This document shows positions 25,473-36,929 of a stretch of 64,000 nt of DNA, in pieces. Under the pieces are notes generated by a model, which did no database searches, was not told the origin of the DNA, and saw only the letters and a list, made by a program, of their open reading frames with translations. This DNA comes from Octopus vulgaris. Lineage: Eukaryota. The first letter of the stretch is position 1. Every line of letters begins with the position of its first letter. Where the stretch lies: positions 30,814,001 through 30,878,000 of the forward strand of contig OX597834.1 of NCBI GenBank assembly GCA_951406725.2, written 5' to 3'. The position numbers were made by a program, and so were the translations under genes.

Positions 25473-26006
25473 ATATATATACATATACAATTATACACAC
25501 ACACACATATGTACATACACACATGCACACACAGACACACACACACATATAAAGAAATACAAAATGAATGAATGCATGTGTGAATGTGTATGCACCTTTG
25601 TATATGTGTGTATAGTTAAGTTAAGTTAATTTTTTGGCTCAAAAAGCAAAAAGCAAGGCCATGTAGGGGGACATATGTATGTATGTATGTATGTATGTAT
25701 GCATGCATGGATGGATGGTTGGATAGATGGATGGATGGATGGATGGATGGATGGATGGGTGGATGGATGGATGTGTGTATGTACGTATATTAATTTAGAA
25801 ACATTTTTGCCCAAAATCTCAAATATAAGAAAAACCTATTCAAAATTAAAATTTGAATTCCAGTTCCTTCCCTCTGCCCCACCATACAAAGACGTCCAGA
25901 ACAAGGACTTGAACCACCAGAGTACATAGTTTCTTAGGGGAGAGGAGAATGAGGAGGGAGGGGCGTGGAGTTGATGTACGGATTTTGAAAATGCCACCAC
26001 CACTAC

Positions 26007-26037
<31 letters not shown>

Positions 26038-26479
26038 GATACAAACATCATAATACCAGGAAAATAATTCCAGTATCCGATAAGAACAATATTAATAACG
26101 ATAAATCTAACGGCAGCAGTAACAACAACAACAACAACAACAGCAAAAACCATAAATCAAATAACAACAACAACAATGACAAATTACTCTAGTACAACAA
26201 CAACAAAAACAATGTAATATTTCTAATAAAAGCAAAATATTTATAATGACGACGGTGATGATGATGATAACAACAACATGTATTTATTAAACGCTGCTAC
26301 AAATAAAGATGAAAGGAATGTGATATTCACAATAATCAGAACAATGTGTCCAGAGTAGAGATCAAAGAATTTGGGGAGGTGGGGGGGGAGGATATTGGTT
26401 GGAAGGAAGCAAAGACTGGAAGCTCTGTGTTCTAGGTTTCTCTCTTTTGTCTTCCTGTCTGTGTCTCTGTCCATCTCTC

Positions 26480-26546
<67 letters not shown>

Positions 26547-26624
26547 TATGTATGTATATATATGTATATATATATACATGTATTAATAATTCTCCGAACG
26601 AGATGTAAGCAGTAACCGCTCGAC

Positions 26625-26875
26625 AACGTAAAGTGTACTAGCCATCTCAATGTGGCTAGCCACTGGGGGGCGGGTGTTACTGAAGCTTTTAGCCCCAGGA
26701 GGTCATCATCTGCAGCTGGCTTTAGACACACTTTCTGTGCTCTTCTGATATTCGCAAAGAGCACAGAAAGTGTGTCTAAAGCCAGCTGAAGACGATGATC
26801 TCCTGGGGCTAAAAGCTTCAGTAACACCCACCCCCAGTGGCTAGCCACATTGAGATGGCTAGTACACTTTACGTT
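26625..26875. repeat. Fold-back palindrome (about 120-bp arms, 12-bp spacer)
   Basis: 26625-26744 is the near-perfect reverse complement of 26757-26875. Confidence 0.92.
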
Positions 26876-27066
26876 ATATATATGATTGATTGATTAATTG
26901 ATTCTAGTTTCAGCTCACGAGCTGTGGCCATGCTGGGGCACCGCCATTTGGTGTTGCTACATGGTTTTACTTCACGAATGCTTTTTAGCAACTGCCATTT
27001 GGTGCATGAGAGAGTTCGATGCAGCTGCCCTCATCTGCACCTCCTGCCGTGAAGTTGGTTCATCTG

Positions 27067-27118
<52 letters not shown>

Positions 27119-27362
27119 CATATATATATATATACAATTGTTCGTTTGTTTTCCACCTGCCTTCGTCTTTTGTCTATTTTCATAAAGCTTCCCGTTATAT
27201 ATATATATATATATAAAATATAATGTATGTATGTGTGTGTGTGTACAAGGTTTCAGGCCTACCACGTGGAACAAGGGAAAATGACTTCAAAAACTATCTT
27301 GGGCAAAACTTTGTGAGTGGATTTGATAAACAGAAACTGAGAGAAGCCCATCATATATGTAT

Positions 27363-27477
<115 letters not shown>

Positions 27478-27518
27478 GGAGAGTATTGTAGTTCGCTTAA
27501 AGCATTGTGTATTGATTG

Positions 27519-27878
27519 TAAAGAATAAATTTTTCGAATGGTACAGACAATAGGCTATATACCTGTTATAGGCTATAATACAGACAATAGGCTATATACC
27601 TGTTGTAATTTAGTCATCTATAGTCTGATAATCTTTCGGAATAAAATACTTTCTTCAGATATTCTTAGATGGAGTCGCTGCTATAATCGGTTTTCTAATG
27701 GCTTTTCTTAGCCGTTGGAAAACCGATTATGGCAACGACTCCATCTAAGAATATCTGAAGAAGGAATTTTATGCCGAAATATCATATCAGACTATAGATA
27801 ACTAAATTACAACAGGTATATAGCCCATTGTTTGTATCATAGTGCATTGGTGTACCATTCGAAACTTTTTATTCTTTA
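27519..27878. repeat. Fold-back palindrome of about 360 bp with a hammerhead motif in each arm
   Basis: Arms TAAAGAATAAA...TTCGAATGGTACA through to TGTACCATTCGAA...TTTATTCTTTA, centred near 27705. Small tandem duplication in the left arm. Confidence 0.9.
27751..27787 (+). ncRNA. Minimal type I hammerhead ribozyme (core intact)
   Basis: ATAT-CTGAAGA-A-GGAAT-TTT-ATGCC-GAAA-TA-TC^ATAT. Mirror copy on the minus strand at about 27629-27662. Confidence 0.7.
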
Positions 27879-27906
27879 TATATGTATGTATATGTGTGTG
27901 TGTATG

Positions 27907-27949
<43 letters not shown>

Positions 27950-28080
27950 AGGGTTGGAGATGATGTACAGGTATTTTATATTAAAAGAAATGAGGTACTC
28001 AGAAAATCGGATGGTTTTATATTTACAGATATTTATTTGTATATTATATGTTTTTATATATATCTCATATAACTTGGATC

Positions 28081-28128
28081 ATGTATTAGCGCTTTCTCCC
28101 ATTCTAGTGGGGCTTTCAAATCAAACAT
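28081..28128 (-). ncRNA. Decayed type I hammerhead motif
   Basis: TTGAAAG-CCC-CACTAGAAT-GGG-A-GAAA-GCGC-TA^ATACAT, with palindromic stem III AGCGCT. Confidence 0.35.
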
Positions 28129-28652
28129 ATATATATGTGTATATATATATATATATATTCCATTCTTTCATTTATTTGTATTAAAAAAAACACACAAATT
28201 TCCACACGAAAGCACGTGATCTCTGCCCTTGGCATGTAGCTTCAACCGTGTTTTTCTGACGTGAATTTGCTACCCAGGTATCGGTTAACCGAATTATCCA
28301 TACTAAGATAATTCATTCAACTACTTATATATATATATATATGAGTGTGTTGCATGAATTTATTTGTGTGTGTTTGGTTCTTGTTGTTTTAACATAATGC
28401 TAGTGTCAATGCTTCATAAGGAGTGTCTTCTGTTGCCAATCATCAACGTAAAAATGCCTGGTCATTGGAAAATATTACTTCGATTAGAAACAGGTGAGGT
28501 TGAAGACAGGTAAGGGCTAGAAACAGGAAGGACAGCCAGCTATAGAAAATCACCTCAATGAATTCTGTTATGGCCATGAAGGGACGGAGAAGTGGACACT
28601 GCTTGGTATCGCATCAGGGCATTCATAATAATAATAATAATAATAATTATTA

Positions 28653-28686
<34 letters not shown>

Positions 28687-28699
28687 CATTTGTACTGTT

Positions 28700-29150
28700 T
28701 GTCAAATCACAACAAGGACCTCAAATGGACAGTACTTTACGCAATATGCATGCAGTTCCAAATAATGCCGACTTTTGCAATACACCTAGATCGTAGGGTA
28801 TTTCTAAAGTTTTCAGATGTTTCTTCATGCTGAGTGCTATTCAACCCAATGCTCCAACGACAATAAAAATAACCTTTATGTTTGACTCTTTGTAGCTGCC
28901 ACATCTTAGCGATCTCAATTCTCAGCTCTCCATATTTACCAACTTTTTCTCTTTTTTTCATGATGATATGTTGATCTCCTGGCACTGCCACGTCAATTAT
29001 CAAGCACTCTTGTTTGTCCCTCCTAAAGGTTACTATATCTGGCCTTTGGTGCTCTAATATCTTGTCTGTCTGGAAGTCAAAGTCCCAGAGGATCTTTGCC
29101 TTTCCCTTTTCGCTCATTACATTTTCCGGTGTATGTTGGTACCAGGTAGT
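28700..29150 (-). mobile_element. R4/Dong-like non-LTR retrotransposon, restriction-like endonuclease fragment
   Basis: KILWDFDFQTDKILEHQRPDIV...IIDVAVPGD...KVGKY is the RLE PD-(D/E)xK region. Abuts a (TAA/TTA)n tract. Confidence 0.8.
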
Positions 29151-29736
29151 ATTGTTCAGCAGAATTGTTACCATGCTGGACAAAATGCTTAGCAGCATTT
29201 TTTTCTTTTTTTCTGAATCTTCATGCTCTGAGTTCAAATTCTGCAGGGGTTGACTTTGCCTTTCATCGTTTCAGGGTCAATAAAATAAAGTAGCAGAACC
29301 CCTGGGGGTCAATCTATTCAATTGGCCTCCTCCCTTGCTGGCCTTGAGCCAAAATAAAAAAAAACAATTCCTATCATTATCGGTGTTGTTGTTGTTGTTT
29401 TGGTGTGACAGTCAAACAGTAAATTGGCACAATATGAAGTGCCAAAAAATTCTTGGACTTTTGCCTAATTTAAAAATCAATATTATTTGGCAGAATCAAT
29501 AATTCTACAGGCAATATACCCTGAAGCATTTACATTCTGAGTTCAAATCCTGCTAAGGTTCACTGTGTCTTTCATCTATTTTGTCGGGTTTAATGAAATA
29601 AGTATTTAATTAAGTGGTAGTTATGTTATGGAACCTAATTAACCATAATCAACTATTCTCTTCCTGTCTCCTAAAATTTCTCTTCTTATTGTTTCTTTAC
29701 TTTTTGGAGGAGTAACATCAATCCTTAAACATTAAT

Positions 29737-29769
<33 letters not shown>

Positions 29770-29770
<1 letters not shown>

Positions 29771-30311
29771 GCCCTGATGCAATACCAGGCAGTGGCTCTC
29801 ATGGCTTCTGATCTTAACTGATTGGAAGTGTTATCATGTACATTGTTTTGTCTTGGTATAAAAGATGGGCTACAGAAAATATTCTGCTCAATACCACAGA
29901 TTTGCTTGTCAGTTGTTTGACCTTAACCAGTTGAGCATGCCCCTTAGTGGCTGACGATATGAGCATCTCTGATCACGAGCAGAAGTAGTGGGGGAGCACC
30001 ATAGCCATGTGTTGAGAGGAATTCTGTGGGGTTTGAATAATTCACCTCAGGAAACATGGGTGTTTTGTTCAACATCCTTAAACAACCCTTTTGAGCGGGA
30101 TGGGCTACTCGACCAGTAGAAAATTCTAACTGGGCCCCACCTGCAAGGTCATGTGCTGTTTATCTTGATATGAGATCACCATGTCGTGCACATATGGTTG
30201 TGATGCATGTGCCTGGTGTACCCTTATCAGACAGGTAGTCATGATGGGTATACTGGGCTTCGTATATTTTACCCCAGTGTCACTTTGATGGCATACACTG
30301 CTCTCTCACTC
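29770..30311 (-). mobile_element. Non-coding retroposon flanked by (AAT)n
   Basis: (AAT)n on both sides. Its end CACTGCCTGGTATTGCATCAGGGCATT recurs at about 28597-28624, next to (TAA)n. Confidence 0.55.
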
Positions 30312-30339
30312 AATAATAATAAAAATAATGATAATAATA

Positions 30340-30968
30340 AGGTGAAATCAGTAGCAAAGCAAAACACATTTGAACATTTGTCTGATAAGTGGGAACAAAA
30401 ACCCCTGCACGGCAAATATGTGGCCCATGGCAAACAAGCTGATGTAGACCAGAAGCACACTCATCAGTGGCTACGGAGCTCAGGGATAAAGGCATAGAGT
30501 GAAGGCTTTATCTTGGCTGCCCAAGATCAGAGCTTTATTGACTCAGAACTGTCAAGCCAATGTGATGAAAAATGGTGTAGACCCTAAGTGCTGATACTGC
30601 AACGATGGGATAGAAACAGTTGACCACCTAATATTTGGATGTAAGTGTTTAGCACCTGTAGAATACAAATCAAGACATGACAGAGTTGGCCAATATCTAC
30701 GTTGGATAATGTGTTGGCATTATAAAATCAAAACTGCTGACAAATGGTGCAAGCACCACCCTGAGGCTGTAAATATTCTTTGGGACTTCCCAGTATGTAC
30801 AGACCGGTCCATCAAGGCAATTAAACCAGATATTGTTGTGAAAGACAAAAGCAATAAGTTTGTTTATTGATTGACATGGGCATACCCTGTGACTATGATA
30901 TCTCGGCAAAAGAATTTGATAAGCTCAGAAAATACAAAGATTTGCTAATCGCAATCAAAAAGATGTGT
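30340..30968 (+). mobile_element. R4/Dong-like retrotransposon fragment (CCHC knuckle plus RLE)
   Basis: WEQKPLHGKY...QWLRSSGIKA*SEGFILAAQDQS, C*YCNDGIETVDHLIFGC, RHDRVG, ILWDFP, KPDIVV. Stops and frameshifts. Confidence 0.8.
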
Positions 30969-31645
30969 CTTCTTAGTGGTGTTTTGTCCATTGTCATGTT
31001 TTGAGTTCAAATTGCACCGAGGGCGACTGTGTCCTTCATCCTTTCAGAGTCAAAAAAAAATTAAGTACTAGGGTCGATATAATCAACTAAGCCCCTACCC
31101 CAAAATTTCAGACCTTGAGCCTCTAGTGGAAAGAATTATTGTTGTTGTTGTTGTTGTTGTAGTCATTGGCAAAATAAAGAAGAAGTCAAGTACTGGGGTC
31201 AATGTAATCGACAAAGCCCCTTCCCCGAAAATTCAGGCCTTGTGCCTTAAATAGAAAGATTTTCATTTATTTCTGCAAAAAGCATGGATTATGTATAAAT
31301 GTATACAGGGTGGCCCAAAAGTAGGTTTACAGTTATTCAACTATCTCTTTCACATTCATATATTAACATTTAGATCTTAACACATAAAGTGCAACAGATT
31401 ACAATTGTGGCGTTGAGGTAGATCCGGCCACCTCCATTAATGGAGAAAAAAACCTGGATTTAAAACACTGGATGTTGATGATGATGATGATGATGTCTGT
31501 CACACTCCATTTTTTTTGCTTTTCTTTTTTTGTAACCACTCTCGCATGAAAGTTTTAAAATCTTTGTATCTCTTGAAGCTAGACAGACAGTGTGACGGGC
31601 AGGTATACAGACAGACAAACACAGACAGATAGATAGATAGATTAA

Positions 31646-31877
31646 GGCGGCGAGCTGGCAGAAACGTTAGCAAGCCGGGTGAAATGCTTAGCGGTATTTC
31701 GTCTGCCATTATGTTCTGAGTTCAAATTCCGCCGAGGTCGACTTTGCCTTTCATCCTTTCAGGGTCGATAAATTAAGTACCAGTTACGCACTGGGCCCGA
31801 TGTAATCGACTTAATACCTATGTCTGTCCTTGTTTGTCCCCTCTGTGTTTAGCCCCTTGTGGGTAATAAAGAAATAG
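31646..31877 (+). mobile_element. SINE family A, intact copy
   Basis: GGCGGCGAGCTGGCAGAAACGTTAGC head, B-box-like GAGTTCAAATTCC, core GCCTTTCATCCTTTCAGGGTCGATAAATTAAGTACC, (GATA)n tail. Confidence 0.88.
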
Positions 31878-31887
31878 ATAGACAGAC

Positions 31888-31954
<67 letters not shown>

Positions 31955-32569
31955 CAGACAGATAGATAGGCTGCTGCACAAATTAATAGATACATACATA
32001 GGTATATATAGGTATGTAGTTAAGTAGGTATATAGATAGATATGTAGATAAGCAAACTGATATAGATATTTAGATTAGATAGATAGAAATATAAAGATAG
32101 CATAAGGCAGAGAGAGAAAGTAAATTGGAAAGAGGATAGAGAAAGAAGCTAAGATAAAGACAGAAAGAATTGAAGATAGTGAGAGAGAGAGAGAGAAATT
32201 TGAAAAGAGAGGGTTAAAGAAAAGGAGATTGATAGAGCATGAGAAAATGAGAGGAAGAGATAGATAGAAAGTGAGAAATGACAGAGAGAGATAGGGGGGA
32301 TAGTGTTATGGTTTGCTTGACATATATAACAGAAATCAGAAATCAATATGGTGCCAAAAGGGGGTTTTGTCGATTGTAAGTATTAAAAGTTAAGGAATGT
32401 AAGATGTCTCAGAATTTCTTTGTTTCGGCTTCATTGCTGGCAATATTTATATATTTTTATATTCAATAGCATTTTTTTCTCCTTTTTTGCATCAGACCAG
32501 TTACAATATCTTGCAGCCATCTTACAGGCTTCTTATGCACATATACAGACATGGACTGACAGGGGCAGA

Positions 32570-32592
32570 CACACACACACACACACACACAG

Positions 32593-32634
<42 letters not shown>

Positions 32635-32656
32635 TCTCTTTCCCTCATACACACAC

Positions 32657-32687
<31 letters not shown>

Positions 32688-33097
32688 ATCTCTCTCTCAT
32701 ACATACACACACACACACAGTCTCTCTCTCTCACACATACACACACACTCTTGCTGTTTCATACACACAGTCTCTCTCTCTCTCTCTCTCACTCTCTTTC
32801 TCTCATACACACACTCTCTCTCTCACACACACAATCTCTCTCTCTCTCTCATACATACACACACACACAGTTTCTCTCTCTCTCTCACATACACACACAC
32901 TCTTGCTCTGTTTCATACACACAGTCTCTCTCTCTCTCACACACACACTCACTCTCTCTCTCTTGTTCTTTGTCTCATACACATGCAGTCTCTCCCTCTC
33001 CCTCTCACACACACACATACATACACACTCTCTTTCTCTCTCTCTCACACACACACACTCTCTCTCTCTCTTGCTCTGTCTCATACACACACAGTCT

Positions 33098-33129
<32 letters not shown>

Positions 33130-33159
33130 CTCTCTTACTCTTTGTCTCATACACACACA

Positions 33160-33192
<33 letters not shown>

Positions 33193-33850
33193 GTTCATTG
33201 AACATGTTAGCGTATGTGTCTATGTGTATGTATATGTATATGTTAGTGACTCTGTCTTTGTGAGGGTTTATAGATTTGTATATGTGTAAAGGATGTGCTT
33301 GCCTCTGTAGGAGGTGTGTATGCATGTATGTGCATGTGTGTGTGTTTGTGTGTGTATGTATGTGTGTGTGCATGTGTTCATGAATGTAGGTGAGTAGGCA
33401 TGTGTGGGTGTGTGTGTGTGTGTGTTGGTGTGTGAGTCTGTCTTTTTATGTAAACATTGATATATTTGCATGTAAGAGATGTGTTTGCCTCTGTAGGAGG
33501 TGTGTATGTGCTTGTGTGTGTGTGTGAGAGAGTGTGTGTCAACATGTGATTGTGTGTGTTGGTGGGTGTGCATGTGTGTGTACCTGTCTGTACCTGTCTG
33601 ATTGTCTTCGTTTATGTGTGAGGTTTTATGTGTTTGCATGTGTGTGTGTGTGTGTATGTGTGTGTGAGGTGTGTATGTCTCTGTAGAAGTGTGTGCACGT
33701 GTGTTTGTGTGTCTGTGTAGGTGTGTGTATGTGTGTGTATGTATGTGTTTGTGCATGTAGGAGTGTGAGTGTGTGCGTGTGTCTATGTCCATGTCTCTGT
33801 TTCAGGTTTACATGTTTGTATGCATGTATGTATCTGCGTGTGTGTGGTGG
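32570..33850. repeat. Compound (CT)n/(CA)n minisatellite and (TG)n tracts
   Basis: Directly visible. Confidence 0.9.
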
Positions 33851-34303
33851 TGGGCATGCGTGGGTGTAATGTCTGTTTATTTGGTGAATTTACATGCGAT
33901 TCACATTAATGCCACTATCACCCATCACTACCGTTCATCAACACCAATAAACACCACCACCACCACAGTCCTCCTGTTTCTCCTTCTTGTCCACCACTGC
34001 CACCACCACCACCACCAACACTGTTGCCACCATCACCTCCACTATCTCCTCCTCCACTGCCACCACCACCACCGTCTCATCTCTTTCTATCTTTACCCTC
34101 CTCTTCTTTCTCCTTCCCCTCCTCTTCTTCTTCCACTTCTTTCTCCTTCCCCTCCTCTTCTTCTTCCACTTCTTTCTCCTTCCCCTCCTCTCCCTCTTCC
34201 TTCTCCTTCCCCTCCTCTTCCTCTTCTTTCTCCTTCCCCTCCTCCTCTGCCACAATTGCTACCACTCTCATTCATCTCCTCTTCCACCACCACCACCACC
34301 ACC

Positions 34304-34352
<49 letters not shown>

Positions 34353-34714
34353 CCGCCACCACCAACACCATCACAAAACGCTACCACTACTCACCACCAT
34401 CATCACCATCTTTGCCACATCCTAGCCCTGCCACACTCCCCCAACATACCACTACCATCCCCACCAAAATGACCTTCATATATGATGAATCCTACACTTC
34501 ATACATTACTATCAAACTAGTAACTGTACAATTCTATGAACAGAGTACAAAAGTAAAAGTCAATAGTACCCAGTGACTACATAATACTATATAAAGAAAT
34601 ATAGTGCTTATACAGTTCTATAGGTAATATAATAACAATATAGTTGTATATCCGATATAGTGACTATATAATTCTAAAGATTATATTTGTCACTGTAAGA
34701 CATGTGATGGACAT

Positions 34715-34985
34715 TATGAAAACCAAGTTGACCCAAACTGTGATGGTTTTTGGGTATGTCACCAGTGAGGGTGGCATCATGCCATACCACATCTTTGAAC
34801 AGGATCAACAGCTATGGGAAGCTGCTGGAGACTGGTTTCAAACCCTGGCTAAAGAAGGTTGCTGCCAAAGGGATATATGTGTGGCAGCAGGATTCGGTTC
34901 CTGGCCATGTCTCTGTAAAGTGTCAGAAATGGTTGTTGGAGAATTTCTACAACTTCAGCAACCCCAACTTCTGGTCTCCTAATTC
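34715..34985 (+). mobile_element. maT (DD37D)-like transposase fragment
   Basis: TVMVFGYVTSEGGIMP...YVWQQDSVPGH...NFWSPNS, homologous to 2702-3318. Confidence 0.8.
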
Positions 34986-34994
34986 TTTTCTATT

Positions 34995-35325
34995 ATAGGC
35001 ACAAGACCCAAAATTTTTGAGGAGGGGGCCAGTCGATTAGATCGACCCTGGTACGCAACTGGTACTTAATTTATTGACCCCCCAAAGGAATGAAAGGTAA
35101 AGTTGACCTCGGAGGAATTTGAATTCAGAACATAAAGACAGATGAAATACCTATTTCTTTACTACCCACAAGGGGTTAAACACAGAGAGGACAAACGGAT
35201 TAAGTCGATTATATCGACCCCAGTGCATAACTGGTACTTATTTAATCGACCCCAAAAGGATGAAAGGCAAAGTCGACCTCGGCAGAATTTGAACTCAGAA
35301 CGTAGCGGCAGATAAAATACTGCTA
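34995..35325 (-). mobile_element. SINE family A tandem dimer
   Basis: Two consecutive cores ...GAAAGG(T/C)AAAGT(T/C)GACCTCGG... Confidence 0.8.
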
Positions 35326-35330
35326 TATAA

Positions 35331-35750
35331 TGGATCATCCTATAAATAATGCAGTTTTTTATACTTCTTTTATTTTTCAAGATTAAGATAAATAAAGTTC
35401 TTTTTTAATCTAAAATATACTCTCCTTCATTTTCTACAATGCTCTCCCATCTAGCTGGTAGACTTGCAAGGTCCCTCTTTCAAAATTCACCTGTCTGTGA
35501 TGAAAAATACTCCTTCAGTACTGGTCTGACCTTGTCTACAGGGTTCATATTTTTTCCATTCAAATGATTTTGAAGACTGCAGAATAAATGATAATCAGAT
35601 GGGGCAATGTCCAATGAATATGAGGAATGGGGTACCATTTCCCATTCAAATTGCTCCAGCCTTTGGAATGTCATCCTTGCTGTATGTAGCCGAGGATTAT
35701 CCTGATGGAAGAACACTTTTCATCTTGAAACCAAAGATGGCTGTTTTTCT
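35331..35750 (-). mobile_element. Mariner (DD34D) transposase 3' fragment
   Basis: FFHQDNPRLH...YSLDIAPSDYHLF has 34 residues between the Asp residues, and continues to ...GEYILD*. Confidence 0.88.
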
Positions 35751-35871
35751 TCTATGTCCTCCTAATAGCATTCAATAGCATTTTTTTCTCCTTTTTTGGT
35801 GAAAGGTGCCAATAGAAGGAAAACCAGACTTAAAAGAAAATAATTGATGTGGTTGATTGGTTTGACTAAAC

Positions 35872-36118
35872 CAATGATTCCCAAAGTTTTCCAAACTACC
35901 AACCCCTTGCCACCCAGGCCACACTCCTAGGCCCTCCCCCAACTCACTACTGCAAATTCAAAATGTGTGTTTCACAAATAAAACTTAACATAATCAACCC
36001 ATTATTTGAGGATTTTTTTTTACATCCTTTGCCCCCTTTTGGCCACTCCATTATTGCCCCACTTTTCTTCAGCACTCCTGTCCCTGGATCTTTGCACTGC
36101 CCAATTTAGAAACCGCTG
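35872..36118. mobile_element. Old hAT-like MITE nested in a SINE tail
   Basis: CAATGATTCCCAAA / TTTAGAAACCGCTG ends. Degenerate 8-bp TSD GACTAAAC / GATTAAGC. Confidence 0.55.
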
Positions 36119-36229
36119 GATTAAGCCCTTCAGGATGGTGCCCCAGCATGGTCACAGTCCAATGGCCAAAACAAGCAAAAGTTAAAACAAAACCAAAAAA
36201 TGTAAACACAAATATCTGATATCCTTTTA

Positions 36230-36630
36230 TTCTTTTTATTCTTTTATTTGTTTTAGTCATTTGATTGTGGCCATACTGGAGCACTGCCTTTTGTCAAACA
36301 AATAAACCCCAGGACTTACTCTTTGTAAGCCCAGTACTTATCCTATCAGTCTCTTTTGCCGTACCACTAAGTTACAGGGACATAAACACTCAAACATCGG
36401 TTGCCAAGCGATGGTGGGGGGACAAACACAAATATATACATATATACGATGGGCTTCTCTCAGTTTTCTTCAGTTTTCTCTCAGCTTTTCTCTTGGGCCA
36501 CTCACAAGGCTTTGGTTAGCCAAAGGCTACAATAGAAGACACTTGCACAAGGTACCACGCAGTGGGACTGAACCTGGAACCATGTGGTTGGGAAGTAAGC
36601 TTCTTACCGCATGGCCACTCCTGTGCCTAT
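36230..36630 (-). mobile_element. SINE family B
   Basis: Head and tail match 17555-17962. Confidence 0.8.
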
Positions 36631-36892
36631 AACACACACACACACACACACACGCACGCACACACACACACACACACCTACCTATATACACATGTATGCA
36701 GGCACAAATTCCAATACATATTTCCTCCTGTTATACAATGTGCTCCATGCAAACATACAATTCCTTGTTTATCGCCATGGTTACCATGTGCAGCAGAGTG
36801 GAACAGATTTGTCTCTTGGTAATACAGAAAAATGAAGAAAAAAAACAAAAGAAAGAAAAAGAAAACCTAGCTTGGGTGACATGGAGTCAAAT

Positions 36893-36898
36893 ATGATG

Positions 36899-36929
<31 letters not shown>

